Shown: positions 23,346 through 35,100 of the stretch, piece after piece
Numbering within the stretch: position 1 is the first letter of the stretch
How the letters are laid out: every line of letters begins with the position of its first letter
Source: Tubulanus polymorphus
Taxonomy: Eukaryota > Animalia > Nemertea
Length of the DNA stretch: 64,000 nt
NCBI RefSeq assembly: GCF_964204645.1
Contig: NC_134033.1
Coordinates: 4,612,231-4,676,230 of the forward strand
Reading direction: 5' to 3'
Notes under the pieces: generated by a model
The model's input: the letters and a program-made list of their open reading frames with translations, nothing else
Databases searched by the model: none
What the model was told of the DNA's origin: nothing
Program-made: the position numbers and the translations under genes

Positions 23346-23901
23346 CTCTTTGTTTCGATATACTGTTCCGTTGAATTACACAACAACGCCCAGCTCGGAC
23401 AAATCTACTCACGATCTGTTAATAGAGATAATTAAGACCGATCATTTCATCCTTGCATTTTCAATTGTATTATTTTTATTCGTAATAAGAACTGTTGCTT
23501 GCGACATAGCAAAATGTGTCGTGACGGTAAAAAGGCTTTGCAAAATCAAATTATTCGCGCATGGTACCGAGATCACGAGATTACGAGCATCAAAAATGGA
23601 CCAACAAGTGCATGTGAAATTACAAACCTTGCCTGGTTGTGTCCATAGTTATAAGTTAGTCGGAGAAACTGCGCCAATCGAAATAAGTAATGTCGTCTAT
23701 TGCCCACGTCCGAAGATCGATTGTAACTGGGGAAGTCTACGCGTCGTTCACGTGGAATCGGATCTAGAAATGGAGCTCCCACGACAAATACCCGTTTCCT
23801 GGATACAAGCGCTATCGTTTCGGTCCTTGACGGCCACACCAAAAATGGACGTTCAATTAGACATACGCGACATTAATACACGAGATATACAAGTGGTGTG
23901 A
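23281..23901 (+). CDS. ORF3 of the Gypsy element: TM-containing, possibly env-derived protein
   Basis: 206-aa ORF between pol and the 3' LTR; hydrophobic FILAFSIVLFLFVI followed by a ~135-aa domain. Confidence 0.55.
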   Translation: MTPTSSGNLMLLTIRGLDIFISSLFRYTVPLNYTTTPSSDKSTHDLLIEIIKTDHFILAFSIVLFLFVIRTVACDIAKCVVTVKRLCKIKLFAHGTEITRLRASKMDQQVHVKLQTLPGCVHSYKLVGETAPIEISNVVYCPRPKIDCNWGSLRVVHVESDLEMELPRQIPVSWIQALSFRSLTATPKMDVQLDIRDINTRDIQVV

Positions 23902-24484
23902 CCGCGGTTTCAGTTATTTTTAATCACGCCATATTCAACTTACATATTATACGTTTTGTATTTTCATATTTTTCTTCTTATTGTGTATCATTAATAATTT
24001 TTTTGTTTCCTCGTAATCGGTTATTGTAACTTTAATAGTGTATGATTGGTAAAATTCAGTTTTAATTTAATAAAGGATATTCAATCTAGTATCGATCACC
24101 AGCCGTAAGTGGATGTAGAGGTTATGGACGTGAACGGCGAGAGTATAGGAATCGTTGAAAGGCATTTGGTATCAGTTATACTGGGTTATATTTTATTTAT
24201 GCATTATTCTATTTGTTGATAATCTATGATAATTGTAATTTACTTATTTCGTTAATTTACTTCATCCGTCTTTGGGTACTCAGTTTCTTTTATATTTGGC
24301 ATATTCGTTATCTTTATCTACATATGTATTTTATATTATTACCTTTTTTTGTTTATGTAAATTGTTTTTTTTTTTTGTATTTAAAATTCTTTTTTTAACC
24401 ACCCTTTCCTCAACTATAAAACTTGTATAATGTATATTTCATTTTAATGTAATTTTTTTATTTGTAAGTTCGAGTCGAACTTTT

Positions 24485-24498
24485 AAGAAAGGGGAGGG
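24485..24498 (+). promoter_or_regulatory. Polypurine tract
   Basis: AAGAAAGGGGAGGG, 3 nt before the 3' LTR. Confidence 0.85.
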
Positions 24499-24501
24499 CT
24501 A

Positions 24502-24834
24502 TGTTAGGCATAAGCCGTATTTACTATATATTTGTTAAGCTTCTTATAGTCTTAGTATTATAGTCATGGAGATGGTCAAACAGATTATGCGCGATTAGCA
24601 TGATCAGGCAGTCGTTGACCAACTCCATGACTACACAGTATTTGTTTATACTTTCATTGAAATGTATAAAATGGATTTGTAATATGGTTTCGGGGTCACT
24701 CTCGATCTGACTCTCGATTCGACACTTTCACTATCGTCAATAAACTGGAATCATCATCATACTCGTAAACTAACGTGTCTCTTTGCGGATCGATCTTGGT
24801 TGTTTGGAGGATTCAGGAATCTTAAAGTTTTACA
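24502..24834 (+). repeat. 3' LTR (333 bp)
   Basis: Matches the 5' LTR; followed by TSD ATCA. Confidence 0.97.
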
Positions 24835-25566
24835 ATCATATAATAATTAAAATCCTTGATTGTATTGAGTTTGAATTATACTTGAAATATTTTCATCAGT
24901 TACTGTATCATATTCTAAACATATATTCGATAATTTATAACTCCTATCTTTATTAACGCTAGATATTACAATTTCATTTACAGGAGCAAATGTTATTTCG
25001 AATATAACATCTTCTTGAATTGCATATTTATATAAAGGTGCATTGTTATTTATCAATTCAAAGTCTAATGGAATTTTATATTTGCTTCCATATATACTTT
25101 TTATCAATTTATCTACAGCATTAGTTAATATTGCATTATGCGCTTCTGATCTTAATTTATTTTGGTTTTCTGATTGGATTCCTTGAAATATCATATTATT
25201 TCTATTTTCTTTAGTTAACCATAAATCTTTATAATGCATAAATAAATTATAATCATCTAATGTTTCTGGACCAATCTTTATTGTTAACTTTTTAATCAAA
25301 TACCTTCCAACATTATCAACAACATTATTATTATTATTACCGATTACTTTTATATCGGCTGATAAATAAATACTATTTGGAACATAAAAAGTATTTTGTG
25401 TTAATCTCGGAATTCTAACATATAAAGTTTCATCGGGATTAATATTAGAAGGGTTATGAGTAATTATATGATGTGATCTTTCTGATTTAATAGCATTAGA
25501 TATTCTATGATTCTTAGAAGGATTGATATAACTCCCACTCATTTATTTATTTAACAAAAAAATTAA

Positions 25567-26920
25567 TTATTTATTTTTTATCATGTTTACTAGCCCAAAA
25601 ATAATAGCACTTACAACTGTAATTAAAAATAAAATAATATGTTCAGCAGCAAAGTTAATAATGTTTCCTGTTTTTTTATATAAAACCAACAATTGATGCA
25701 ATAATTCCGGGTAATGCTGCAGCAGATTTTTTAGATAGTTCTCATAAATATTTTGCTAATTTCTTTAAACCATCCTTAACTTTAGCTTGTATAGAATTAT
25801 TATCTGGAGGTTTATGCGGTTTATTGGGAGTAGGAGTAGATTTCAAAGCATTTCATATAGCTAAACCAATTGTTGTAAATAACATAGTTACAGCTGTTAG
25901 AATTGAAAGAATTGTTATTCCTTCAAACTGGAATAATAATTTTATTCAATCTTTCAATAATATTTTAGAATCTGGTTTTATCAACAAATCTTTAAAAACA
26001 TATTTTAATCTTTTAAATTTACTACCATATTCTTTTAATAATATATCTCTTTCACCTTTCAGTACTTCTAAATTATCTTTTAAATTATAAATTTCTTTTT
26101 CTAAATATGTATTTCTTTTTTTGAATTCGATTTCTTCAATAACTTTATTATCTCTATCTAATTTTAATTGTTCTATTTCTTTATTTTTATCAGTTAATTC
26201 TTTTTCTAAAGTTCTAATTTTAAAATCTCTTATACTTTTATCATGCGCAATTTTATCAGATGCAAGTCTTATACTAATAATTTCTCTAATTGCTTTATCA
26301 GAAAATATATCTAAATCTTCTAATTCTTGATCTGTTGCATCAATTAATTTATTCGGTAAAAGTTTTTCAATTGGAACTTTATTTGATTTAAGTTTACTAG
26401 TTTTGGAAGTTATATTTTGTTCGGAAGTTGTTTCTGTTTCTTGATTATCATCGATTATTTTAAATAAGTCATCAATTTTTTGACTAAATACTCTTATATT
26501 ATCCTTTCTTTCTTCTTGTGTAACATCAGTTATTTCATTACTATTACTTAATTTTATCTGGTTTTAACTTAAGCAAAGTTGATTCCGCTAATATTTTATT
26601 TAGTCTTGCTCTTTGATCAGTGATATCAATATAATAATCACCATCCAAATGATAATAATATTTACCTTTAAAAAGTTTTAAATCTTTTACTAAAAGTCTG
26701 GCGCCTCTGTTATTCATATTATATCCAGATCTTTCAAATGCAGGTTGGAATTTATGTGTAAATTCTTTATATTCTAAATCTTGTTTTGATAAACCTTGAT
26801 TTTCATTTTCAGGAGCTATTCTCGATCTAGTTCTGTTATCATGTTCATCTGTTGATGGGGCGGCAACAACTCCAGGCGGAGGAACTGCGGCATCAATTGG
26901 AATTGATGCAGCATTGTTTG
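25567..26920 (-). pseudogene. Decayed coiled-coil plus multi-TM protein of the Polinton-like virus
   Basis: Manual translation gives E/K-rich helices, then GITILSILTAVTMLFTTIGLAI*...KDGLKKLAKYL*...AAALPGIIASIVGFI/..NFAAEHIILFLITVVSAIIFG, with stops and frameshifts. Lies directly upstream of the capsid gene. Confidence 0.55.
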
Positions 26921-26972
26921 CTAGAGATCTTCACAATATGGAAGCTGTCGAATTTCATGTATAAGCTGATTA

Positions 26973-27147
26973 CAGTCAACCCCCAATATACCGCCCTCCG
27001 ATTAGGCGGCACCCCTGCTTAAGGCCATGTTTTTCTCTCGGATATTTTTAATTAAATACATGAAAATCATCCCCGATATAACACCATACTGTCTATACCG
27101 CCAAAAGCGTTAAGTACCAATGTGGGTGTTATAGCGAGGGTTGACTG
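26973..27147. mobile_element. Tc1/mariner(pogo)-type MITE
   Basis: TA|CAGTCAACCC ... GGGTTGACTG|TA. Confidence 0.7.
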
Positions 27148-27462
27148 TATAATCAATGTTGTGTAAGAACAAAGAAAACATAAATAGTAAATCTGCTTTA
27201 CGATTGCTGGATTTGGACTTGTTTAATTAGTACTCCTTAATATTTGGATAATTCGCCTCTTCTCTCTGTTTAGAATGTGTGATTTTATTTTCATATATAC
27301 GTTTCCATGGTTACTGTTGTCCTAATACATGGTGATAGGCGTAATTGCTGTTGTATTTCAATAATTTCTGAGATAGAAATGTTAAAGGGGAGGTCCCAGG
27401 AACCAGGGTAGAATTTGGTCATGTCATGGATTTTTATTTTCTTGATTTTGAATGAAACCCTA

Positions 27463-30400
27463 GGGGCCGTCCATAAAGTACGTACGCATGAAAATGGCAG
27501 AAATTTAGTGGTCCTTCCTTTTGTACGCATGACGTACGAATCTGTTTTGTGCTCCTACCTTACGTACGTGAAAAATTAAAAAATCATTGGAGTACGTTAG
27601 ATATTATGAATCACTGCAGTTTACTCCAAAACGTAAGACATCGATCTTTGCAACGTTTCTTTATCAGCGAATAAACTTAAGACATGATTGTAGAAAGAAA
27701 AGGTAGAACATTTATTCAAATAAACGTTAAACACTATTATGCATGTACCCGGTATCGTAGGCGGGAAATTCCCAGTACCGCGTTGCGTCGCTCTATAAAG
27801 AATGTGTAACTGTACTGAGATAATAAACTATTGGTTTAAAACAATTTATGGCCTATTTTTTTCAGTTGTATAGGGTCCATTGGTTCTGTAATGCATCAGA
27901 TACATTTCGGTAGACACGGACATCAGTGTCTGTCTCTTAACTTCTGAAGTATCTCCTGAATCCGGATGATCCTCTCCTGATTAAGGCTCATCGTCATCGA
28001 TACGTTCTAGAGGGATATCGTCATCCGGGGACTCCTCGTCATTGTTTTCAACTAAGGGAGGCTCTATCCTGTGAATTACCTTATGCCGATTAACGGCTGC
28101 ATGACTCGGGAAATAAACACCACATTTCTGGCAAATGCGGTCCTGTAGATTTTTGGCTGCCGGGCAATACAAGTCGTATGGAATTTCCCAACCCTTTTCT
28201 ATGTACTTTTCTGCCGACTCGGGATTGACCTTGATTGCATTACGTTGCCACTAATTCGCAAAATTCATTTTGTTGCTGACAGTAATATCCTCAGGATTAG
28301 GGACTTCTATCCCGGAATTCACCTGGACCATGGGGTAGGGAGGTGGGAAGAAGCGAGTGGGCATTACATCCAGCCAGTTAGTGCGCCAGACACAACATTC
28401 GGGGTTTTGACATTTTACAATTTGTAACATGTACTGGCTTACACGCATGTGTTTTACAAGCCAATCTTGAGATAGAGCTAGGGGATCAATATCTAGTGTA
28501 CCAGTACCAGGGTTTATGTACTCTGCCGTCACAGGGTGCTTGTCAATCACCAATTTTGACCAAACCTCGCCCAACGTGGTACCAGCTTTTTGAAATTGGC
28601 TTTTTCAAGGTGTTCGTCTATGTTTTACCATTGTTCAAATGTGAGCCATAATGATCATGTGGTAGAACCAGACCCGATAGTTCTTTGGATAGACAAGCCA
28701 TTCGACGTTCAACGGGATTGTAGGCTGAGCGGCCAGATGCAAATGTAGCAACCACGTAAACATCTAAATTGTACTCAATAAATCTGCCCACAGCTAAAAT
28801 ATGGGCTTTGGGAAAACGTGGATTTTCATCCGGCCCACCATCGCACGAAATGACAAATATTGGTTTCAATTGCCCATCTGAATTGATAATAGTAGATTTG
28901 AATTCATTAGATTTGATCACTGTTTTCAAATCAAAACCATGGGTATATGCAGAGGAGCTGTCATGTTTTCCACTACGGATCGCAATGTAAGTTGGACCAG
29001 AATATGTTACAGCATTTTTGTCTTGCAAATTTGGGGCTATGGTACACCCTGCATATACCGATGGTATCAATTTATGTTTCTCCGCGACTACAAAATCGTG
29101 GTCTGGTAGGCAAACCCGATATTCCATGGACATTAACAGGGCCCTTTTTTATTGGCAGCGGTAATTCCTGTAGGTACCCTCGCCTTGTCATCCATGCTAA
29201 GCCATGTAGCTGAATTAGGCCCCATCATTGCACAGGCTTCCCGAATATGGTTAATGAAAGTCCAGGAAAAGTTTGCTGCAACATGTTTTTTAGGTTCGTT
29301 GCCCTGCGCTTTCGCCAATTTTACAGGCACAGTCTCCACATGGCGCTCCCCTTCAGATGTTACACTTGACCGTGGTTGAAGACGGAGATATGCAGCTGCA
29401 CGATATATTGTGTATCCTGATTTGTGTAACTCGAGCGTAAGGTCATCGAGCGTTCTACAAGAGCTTAAAACCTCACACCTGCGCCGAGAATCAGCTGCAC
29501 CAGGCTGAGAAGCAATTGAAATGATTGTGCCCAATAAGCCAGGCTGGTCACGTTCAACACGTGGCCTGCCAAACTCGGGACGGTTGAACTTTTTTTAACT
29601 TTGCCCCTGCTTCAGGATGTTTGTTTGTGATATCGTCCATTACACTTTTTTCTCACTCCGGAATTTCCTCATACGCTCTGCTTCTAGCTGTAGACGACGT
29701 AGATTAGTTTTTTTTTCTCAAGGTCAGACTTAAGTGTTTTTTTTCTGCCGTCATCAGGTAAAATACCAGCATCCCCAAGTGTGTATAGAGCTACCAATTG
29801 ACCCTGCATGTCATCAATTTGGCCTTGCAGTTCATCTTGTTTAGGCTTTTCCCGGACCACCCGATCATCTAAAAAATCCAAATTTTTTACCCATTTTTGA
29901 AAATTGTTCAATGGTTTAATACTTGCAACCTTTGCCCGTAAAAATATAGCTCTTAAACACTCCGACAGTCACGTTCAATGATGGGCGTACTTTACTTTCA
30001 AAGAAATTACAGCATTAAACATGGCTTGCTATTCATATACAAGACTTTATCTCAGCCTCCCTCCCACCTATGATGTAGCAAAAAACTCACCTTTTTTGTC
30101 ATCAGATGCCTGCGGAGATGCTTGAACCGTCGGTAGATCTACCCTCGGAACTTTTGCTGGAGGTTCCGCTGATGAGGGTGCAATGTGACCGGCTGCTGAC
30201 GTAGTACTGCTCGTTTTTGGTACCGACGTAGTTGGTCCGGCACCCCAGAAAGTGATTGCTTTAAATTTGCGTTTACTGATAATCCCCTTCATATCTTTTA
30301 CGTGTTGCTTTCTGCTATTATCGTCACTTAAAGACCTCCATAAATTCTGTCCATCGGACAGTTTTTTTGAGGGATAAGCCTCTTTGAAGACGGCTATGAA

Positions 30401-30758
30401 GTCGTTATACTTCTGAAGGGCAGCCATTACCACAGTTGAAAGTATGCATAAACAACAAACGAAAATTAATCAATAATATTTTATTTTGACGGTCTGTTTA
30501 TTTTTGCTTCTACTTGTACACACATCGATTTAATTTATTGATTGAGTCATTTCGCAGCTGACTTGGTAGTGCTACAACAAGATATATGTATTTCTATCTG
30601 TATTATTATACGGGATTTGGGTGAAATATACAACATATTTTGTCCATTAAGTACGACGTACAGATTTGATAGCTGCCTGCTACCTATCGTACGCACTTCG
30701 TACGATCTGCTCCACAGGTCCTAGCTAGACCATGCGTACGTACTATATGGACGGCCCC
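27463..30758 (-). mobile_element. Zator-superfamily DNA transposon
   Basis: 28-bp TIRs GGGGCCGTCCATAAAGTACGTACGCATG (1 mismatch), 3-bp TSD CTA, GG termini, internal transposase remnants. Confidence 0.8.
27981..30433 (-). pseudogene. Frameshifted DDE transposase (Zator / transposase-36-like)
   Basis: Fragments LSMDDKARVP, LPDHDF, SCDGGPDENPR and SAYNPVERRMA spread over six ORFs. Confidence 0.75.
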
Positions 30759-32019
30759 CTACATAATTTTGAGTAGATCCTGCAATTATCAGCTCTATAA
30801 ATATAATTAAAGTACCTAAATTTGTTGGGGAATCCCCCTAAAACACGGATTTGGCTACTCGCTAAGATTTGGTTATCAATTAAAATACTTAAGGGCACTG
30901 CTGGTGTCTGAAAATCTCAGGATCCACTCACTATTCACTTAGCTTCATTTCAATGCAAAGAAGTTTAAAATCCATGAGATAAAAATTTTCGATCCCACTC
31001 CTGGGACACCCCCTTTAAAGTCTATGATTTTCCGACAAAAGGAAGTAGGTACAATGATTTAAGATCATTTAACAAAAGGAAATAACCGTCTTCTTCATTC
31101 CGCCACGGTCAGCAGTCCGCCACGGTCCGCCTTTAGACAATAGCCGAAAAAATCTGATACAAATTGTAATTATCTCTACACTTATACAGCTATCATAAAC
31201 CGCCTGTCACCATCGTTCCTAAATATTTTTGTCAGATTTTGATTTTTCTAAAATCATAACAATCTGTTACACTTCGTCTATCAATTTTCACAACAGAAAC
31301 TAGTTTTTCAATATAGCTATCATGTATTGCAATAAAAAACACAAACAAATTGATGTGACTCTTGCTTGCCTTATGTTTGTGTTAGGGTTGAGATGGTTTG
31401 CAGGTAATTTCTACGTTACAGTCTTTTAACATGGCGCCAATCAAACCAAAAATGGGAAATAAGTCTTCCAAATAATAAGTTCAGTTCATCATATTTCAAA
31501 GTTGTGAATTAACATAACTCTTTACATCTGTATTCGTTAATACATTACGATATAAAAACACAAGGCTAATTTATGTTGATGTAATTATAACAATAATCAC
31601 ATTTAGAAGGAAATCAGTAATCATTTACTGTCACGCTAAAGCTAACTTATTGGCTCAAACAATGGCGATCCCTTAAAAGCTAAATTCAAAATTACTAAAA
31701 ACATGCTAGGACCGAATAAACATTAAATCGTATAGTAAAGTAAAGGTAAAGTAACACTTAGATGAGCATTTATCTTGTTTTACATCCTTTTCAGCTTTGG
31801 TTAAAATACATCTGATTACACATGGTTGTAGAGTGTCACAATTTATTTACATGACTGTCCTAGGGAAAAATATGAATTCCGGCCAATTCTATACATCATT
31901 ATAAGGCCTTTCTATAGATGACAATAAATGTTTACTCTCATTGTCCAATGTCGAATTCACAGTCATCACATCTTTATCTAAAACCGGACTTCAGACGAGA
32001 AATGACACTATTAGGGTGA

Positions 32020-35000
32020 CTAATGACTACTAGAACTAGTAGAACTTCCACTACTAACCAATGCACCAGAAGCAATATCAACAATATAACGTCCAGATGC
32101 ACTCTTTTCCCTGCTGCTTATTTGAACTGACTGAGCGTGTCCTATCTTACAAAAAGATGCAAAGTGCTCGCAGTTGCATGTTTTCAGGTTATATGTTCGC
32201 CATCGTATTGGGTTTTGCAATTCGGCTTTGGCTGTCATAACGACATCTTCTGCGGTTCTGTGAGACTTGTAGTCAACTCGGTAAATTTGATCGGAACCGG
32301 TGCCGCGTAACATACCCAACCTTCGTTTCAGAATGAATAATTGCTCGCCCCCAACTGCTTTGAAATCACTGATGCTCTTATATTCCACGACGCCTCTTGT
32401 GTCTAGAGGAACCCCAACCAGGTCAATCACTCCGTTCCGGTGGCTGATAAATATTCCATGGTGATAGTACGCAGATATGCCAAAAATACCGCACGAAACA
32501 GCAATTTGGTCACCTGGATTTAGCTCACTGTAAATTAAATTTGAATATATTTCCATATGCCATAAATTGTGAATCACTTTATCCAACAAGCAATAAATGC
32601 AAGAGTTGTGTTATAGTATGGGAGATGAGGACCCGAAATCGGCAATTCCATTAAATCCACAAGCCATACAAGTTTTATTATCAATGGATAGGTAACATCA
32701 TCCCGGCGCAGAATCCAACAATGGTTATTTGGACAACTGGTCCACATCTCCAATAATATTACTGCAGCTACAGCATTAAGGCGAAGCTGCGATAGTTTGT
32801 CTTTTAATTATGACCATAGGAGGACAGTGATTATTACCATTAATGAAACATTGTGTTCATAATTAGTCCCCTTTTTGGTATTTTGATCATTGGTTTATTA
32901 AAATTTGTAAGGATGCCTGTGAGCAAAATTACGTATAATCAATACATGTTCTGGGGTTAAGAAATATAGAATCTCCACCGAGTATGTGGGGTGAATCTAA
33001 AATCTACAACGAGTGAAGGTTTTCTCATTCACGAGGCTTTGCTACAATTCTTAACCTGAAACGAGTTGTAGTTTTTAGATTTTAGGCTGGGGATTTTATT
33101 TCTACCCCACTAGTTTGATTTCATTCACAAAGCGGTGATTTTGACCAAAACAGCTGTTTACGTAATGTAAAAAACAGATCACGATGTTGTATTTATGCCT
33201 CCGCGTTTTCGCAAATTCATAATTACAAAAGGGCACTATTGCAGGAGCAGATGCAAAATCTAACCCACCCGAAAACACCGTCAAATTGTCCTAGTCTTGT
33301 TTCGAGGAATTTTTAAAATCGACACATTTTCCAAAAACTATTTTTGGTTAACCCTTTAGAGCCCTAGCGATTGTAAAAAATTATGCAATTTTTTCCAAAT
33401 AGTCGAATCTCTTTTGGATTATTCTCGAAAGGTAAGGGGTCCACCGTTAGAAAGTCACGTGTATTATTGTGCCAAAGGGTATTTTAATGCATGACTAATT
33501 CTTAGAAATCTTGTTTTTAGAGACCATGCAGCTTTTGAATTCATATTTCATATAAATTAAGAATATATTATGAATCGATTTGATTTTCACCAAAAGCAAA
33601 GATGTTTCAACTTCCTGATACATTTTTTTTATACAACAAATTTTATCAGAGCCATAATCATACAAATACAAATATATTACACTTATAAATGGCCCTGGAT
33701 GGGCATTACCAGGGGCGGATCCAGACCGTATTAGCCGTATTGCCCAATACGGTCTAGAATTTTTAAGTGCCCTTCGAAATTTCACCGGCAATATTTTTGA
33801 CGGCATTATTTCAGCAACCGCTAATTCCGTGTCCGTAATCCGGGCATAATTATAAAATTAATCGGTATATACTGCTGCCAAGAAAGTGAGGAGAGATAAT
33901 CATATTTGTAAAGACTTTAATCATGATAAATTAAAAAGGGCACTTTCCTTTTGCAAGGGGCACTCATGCTTTAGATGAGGGCACCTTGTCCTTCCTTGCC
34001 TTTTCAGGGAGGGCTAAAGGGGCACTCGTACTTTAGAAGAGGGCACTATACGCGGAAAATGTTGACGAAAAGGGCACTTTTTTGCCTAATTTTTAAAATT
34101 TTAGGGGCACTTTTGGTTTGGAAGATGGCACACGACATAAGGATAAATGTGAAGACGAGGCAATTTTTGCCGATTGTTAACAATGAAGGGGCACTTAGCC
34201 GTATTCTGTATGATTGTTAAGGGGCACTTTTAAAGATTATAGGGGCACTAGGCGAAGTTGGCGACAACCATTCTTTCATGGGTTCGCCAGCTTCATTTTT
34301 TATCCGCATGTGTTGAAATCTTGTCTCGAATTCATTTATTCTGGATTGCTCTGCTAGCCTCTAGAAGCCCTCTAAAAGCCTTTAAATGGTACCATATTTT
34401 CAAACCCCCCTCTAAGGACTTCGCGCCTTAGGCGCTCGCATTGACCTGGATACTGGCTGTGCCCTAAGATCAGAAAGGTGCCCTTAAATTTCCTTCCAAT
34501 ACTGTCTACCCATCCCCCTGGATCCGCCCGTGATTACATATAAGCAACAGGGATACAATATAACAGTATAAGTAATGGCATTGAAGGCATATACATAACA
34601 ATATGGTGTTAGAAATGGAGGGTGAGGGTTAAATGGTTTTTAATATAGACGCCTGTATGTATTGTTTATAAAAGAGGATGTCTGTTTAATCAATGCTTCA
34701 TTATTGAGTCAAGAAAGGCTTAAAATAACCATTTATCAAAAGACGAGTATAGGTTACAAAGATACATTAAGTCTTCTTTGGCAGTTGTTTTTATGTTGAT
34801 TAGATGAATAGCTTTTTGAGATATAAGCAATATTTATATAAAAAGGTCTGATGTATTGTTGGTAAGCATTGCTGCTAGTTTGCAATTTCGCCTTAACACA
34901 TGTACGAATTTGAATGAACCCCATATTCGGTTGAAAGCTAACTACCATTCATTCCATGTTTATAGCATATTAATTATCAATGTTTATCAATTCAAATAAC

Positions 35001-35100
35001 CATAGTTAAAAGTATTCATCATACAATTAGAAATAACAAGGTTAAGAAATTTTACTATGACTTACCTGTCTTTTACAGAAACAAGTTTGTATTCTGCCAT
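32020..35100 (-). CDS. LRAT/HRASLS (NC-domain) acyltransferase/phospholipase-like protein, join(32020..32527, 35066..35100), ~180 aa
   Basis: GDQI, YYHHGIF, YNLKTCNCEHFASFC. Exon ATGGCAGAA...GACAG|GTAAG splices in frame to TTTACAG|TGAGCTA, giving MAEYKLVSVKDSELNPGD. Confidence 0.85.
33710..34532. mobile_element. Non-autonomous TIR element in the LRAT intron with internal GGGCACT repeats
   Basis: CAGGGGCGGATCCAG ... CTGGATCCGCCCGTG; ATTAC on both flanks; about 10 GGGCAC motifs at 33938-34250. Confidence 0.65.

Larger units (their letters stand above)
16677..24834 (+). mobile_element. Full-length Ty3/Gypsy LTR retrotransposon with chromodomain and a third ORF
   Basis: TG...CA LTRs, TSD ATCA (16673-16676 / 24835-24838), PBS, PPT, intact gag and pol in PR-RT-RH-IN order. 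Confidence 0.97.
16142..25542 (-). pseudogene. Probable major capsid protein (~412 aa reconstructed), split by the Gypsy insertion: join(16142..16672, 24835..25542)
   Basis: Removing the Gypsy element and one TSD gives a single frame: ...NQGF*LLYDYIDKFKTV...PRRSIKGIL...YYNPEITKVEITIEG...YALWLDFRT...DAQLNI. One in-frame TAA at 24847. Size, context and remembered similarity to invertebrate Polinton-like capsid ORFs support the call; the fold is not verified. Confidence 0.7.
9764..26925 (-). mobile_element. Endogenous Polinton/Maverick-like virus (copy B), right end truncated, interrupted by a Gypsy element
   Basis: AGTAGT terminus at 9764. Compact, intronless, very AT-rich minus-strand genes: packaging ATPase, rve integrase, HNH-like, ZnF, capsid-like, membrane protein. 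No pPolB, protease or right TIR seen. Right boundary is approximate. Confidence 0.85.
27386..31014. mobile_element. TTAA-flanked MITE (Kolobok-like, ~330 bp once the nested Zator is removed)
   Basis: TTAA|AGGGGAGGTCCCAGGA ... TCCTGGGACACCCCCT|TTAA. Confidence 0.65.

Noticed and set aside
25824-26330. Plus-strand hydrophobic ORFs
   Set aside because: Antisense shadows of the decayed minus-strand coiled-coil/TM gene.
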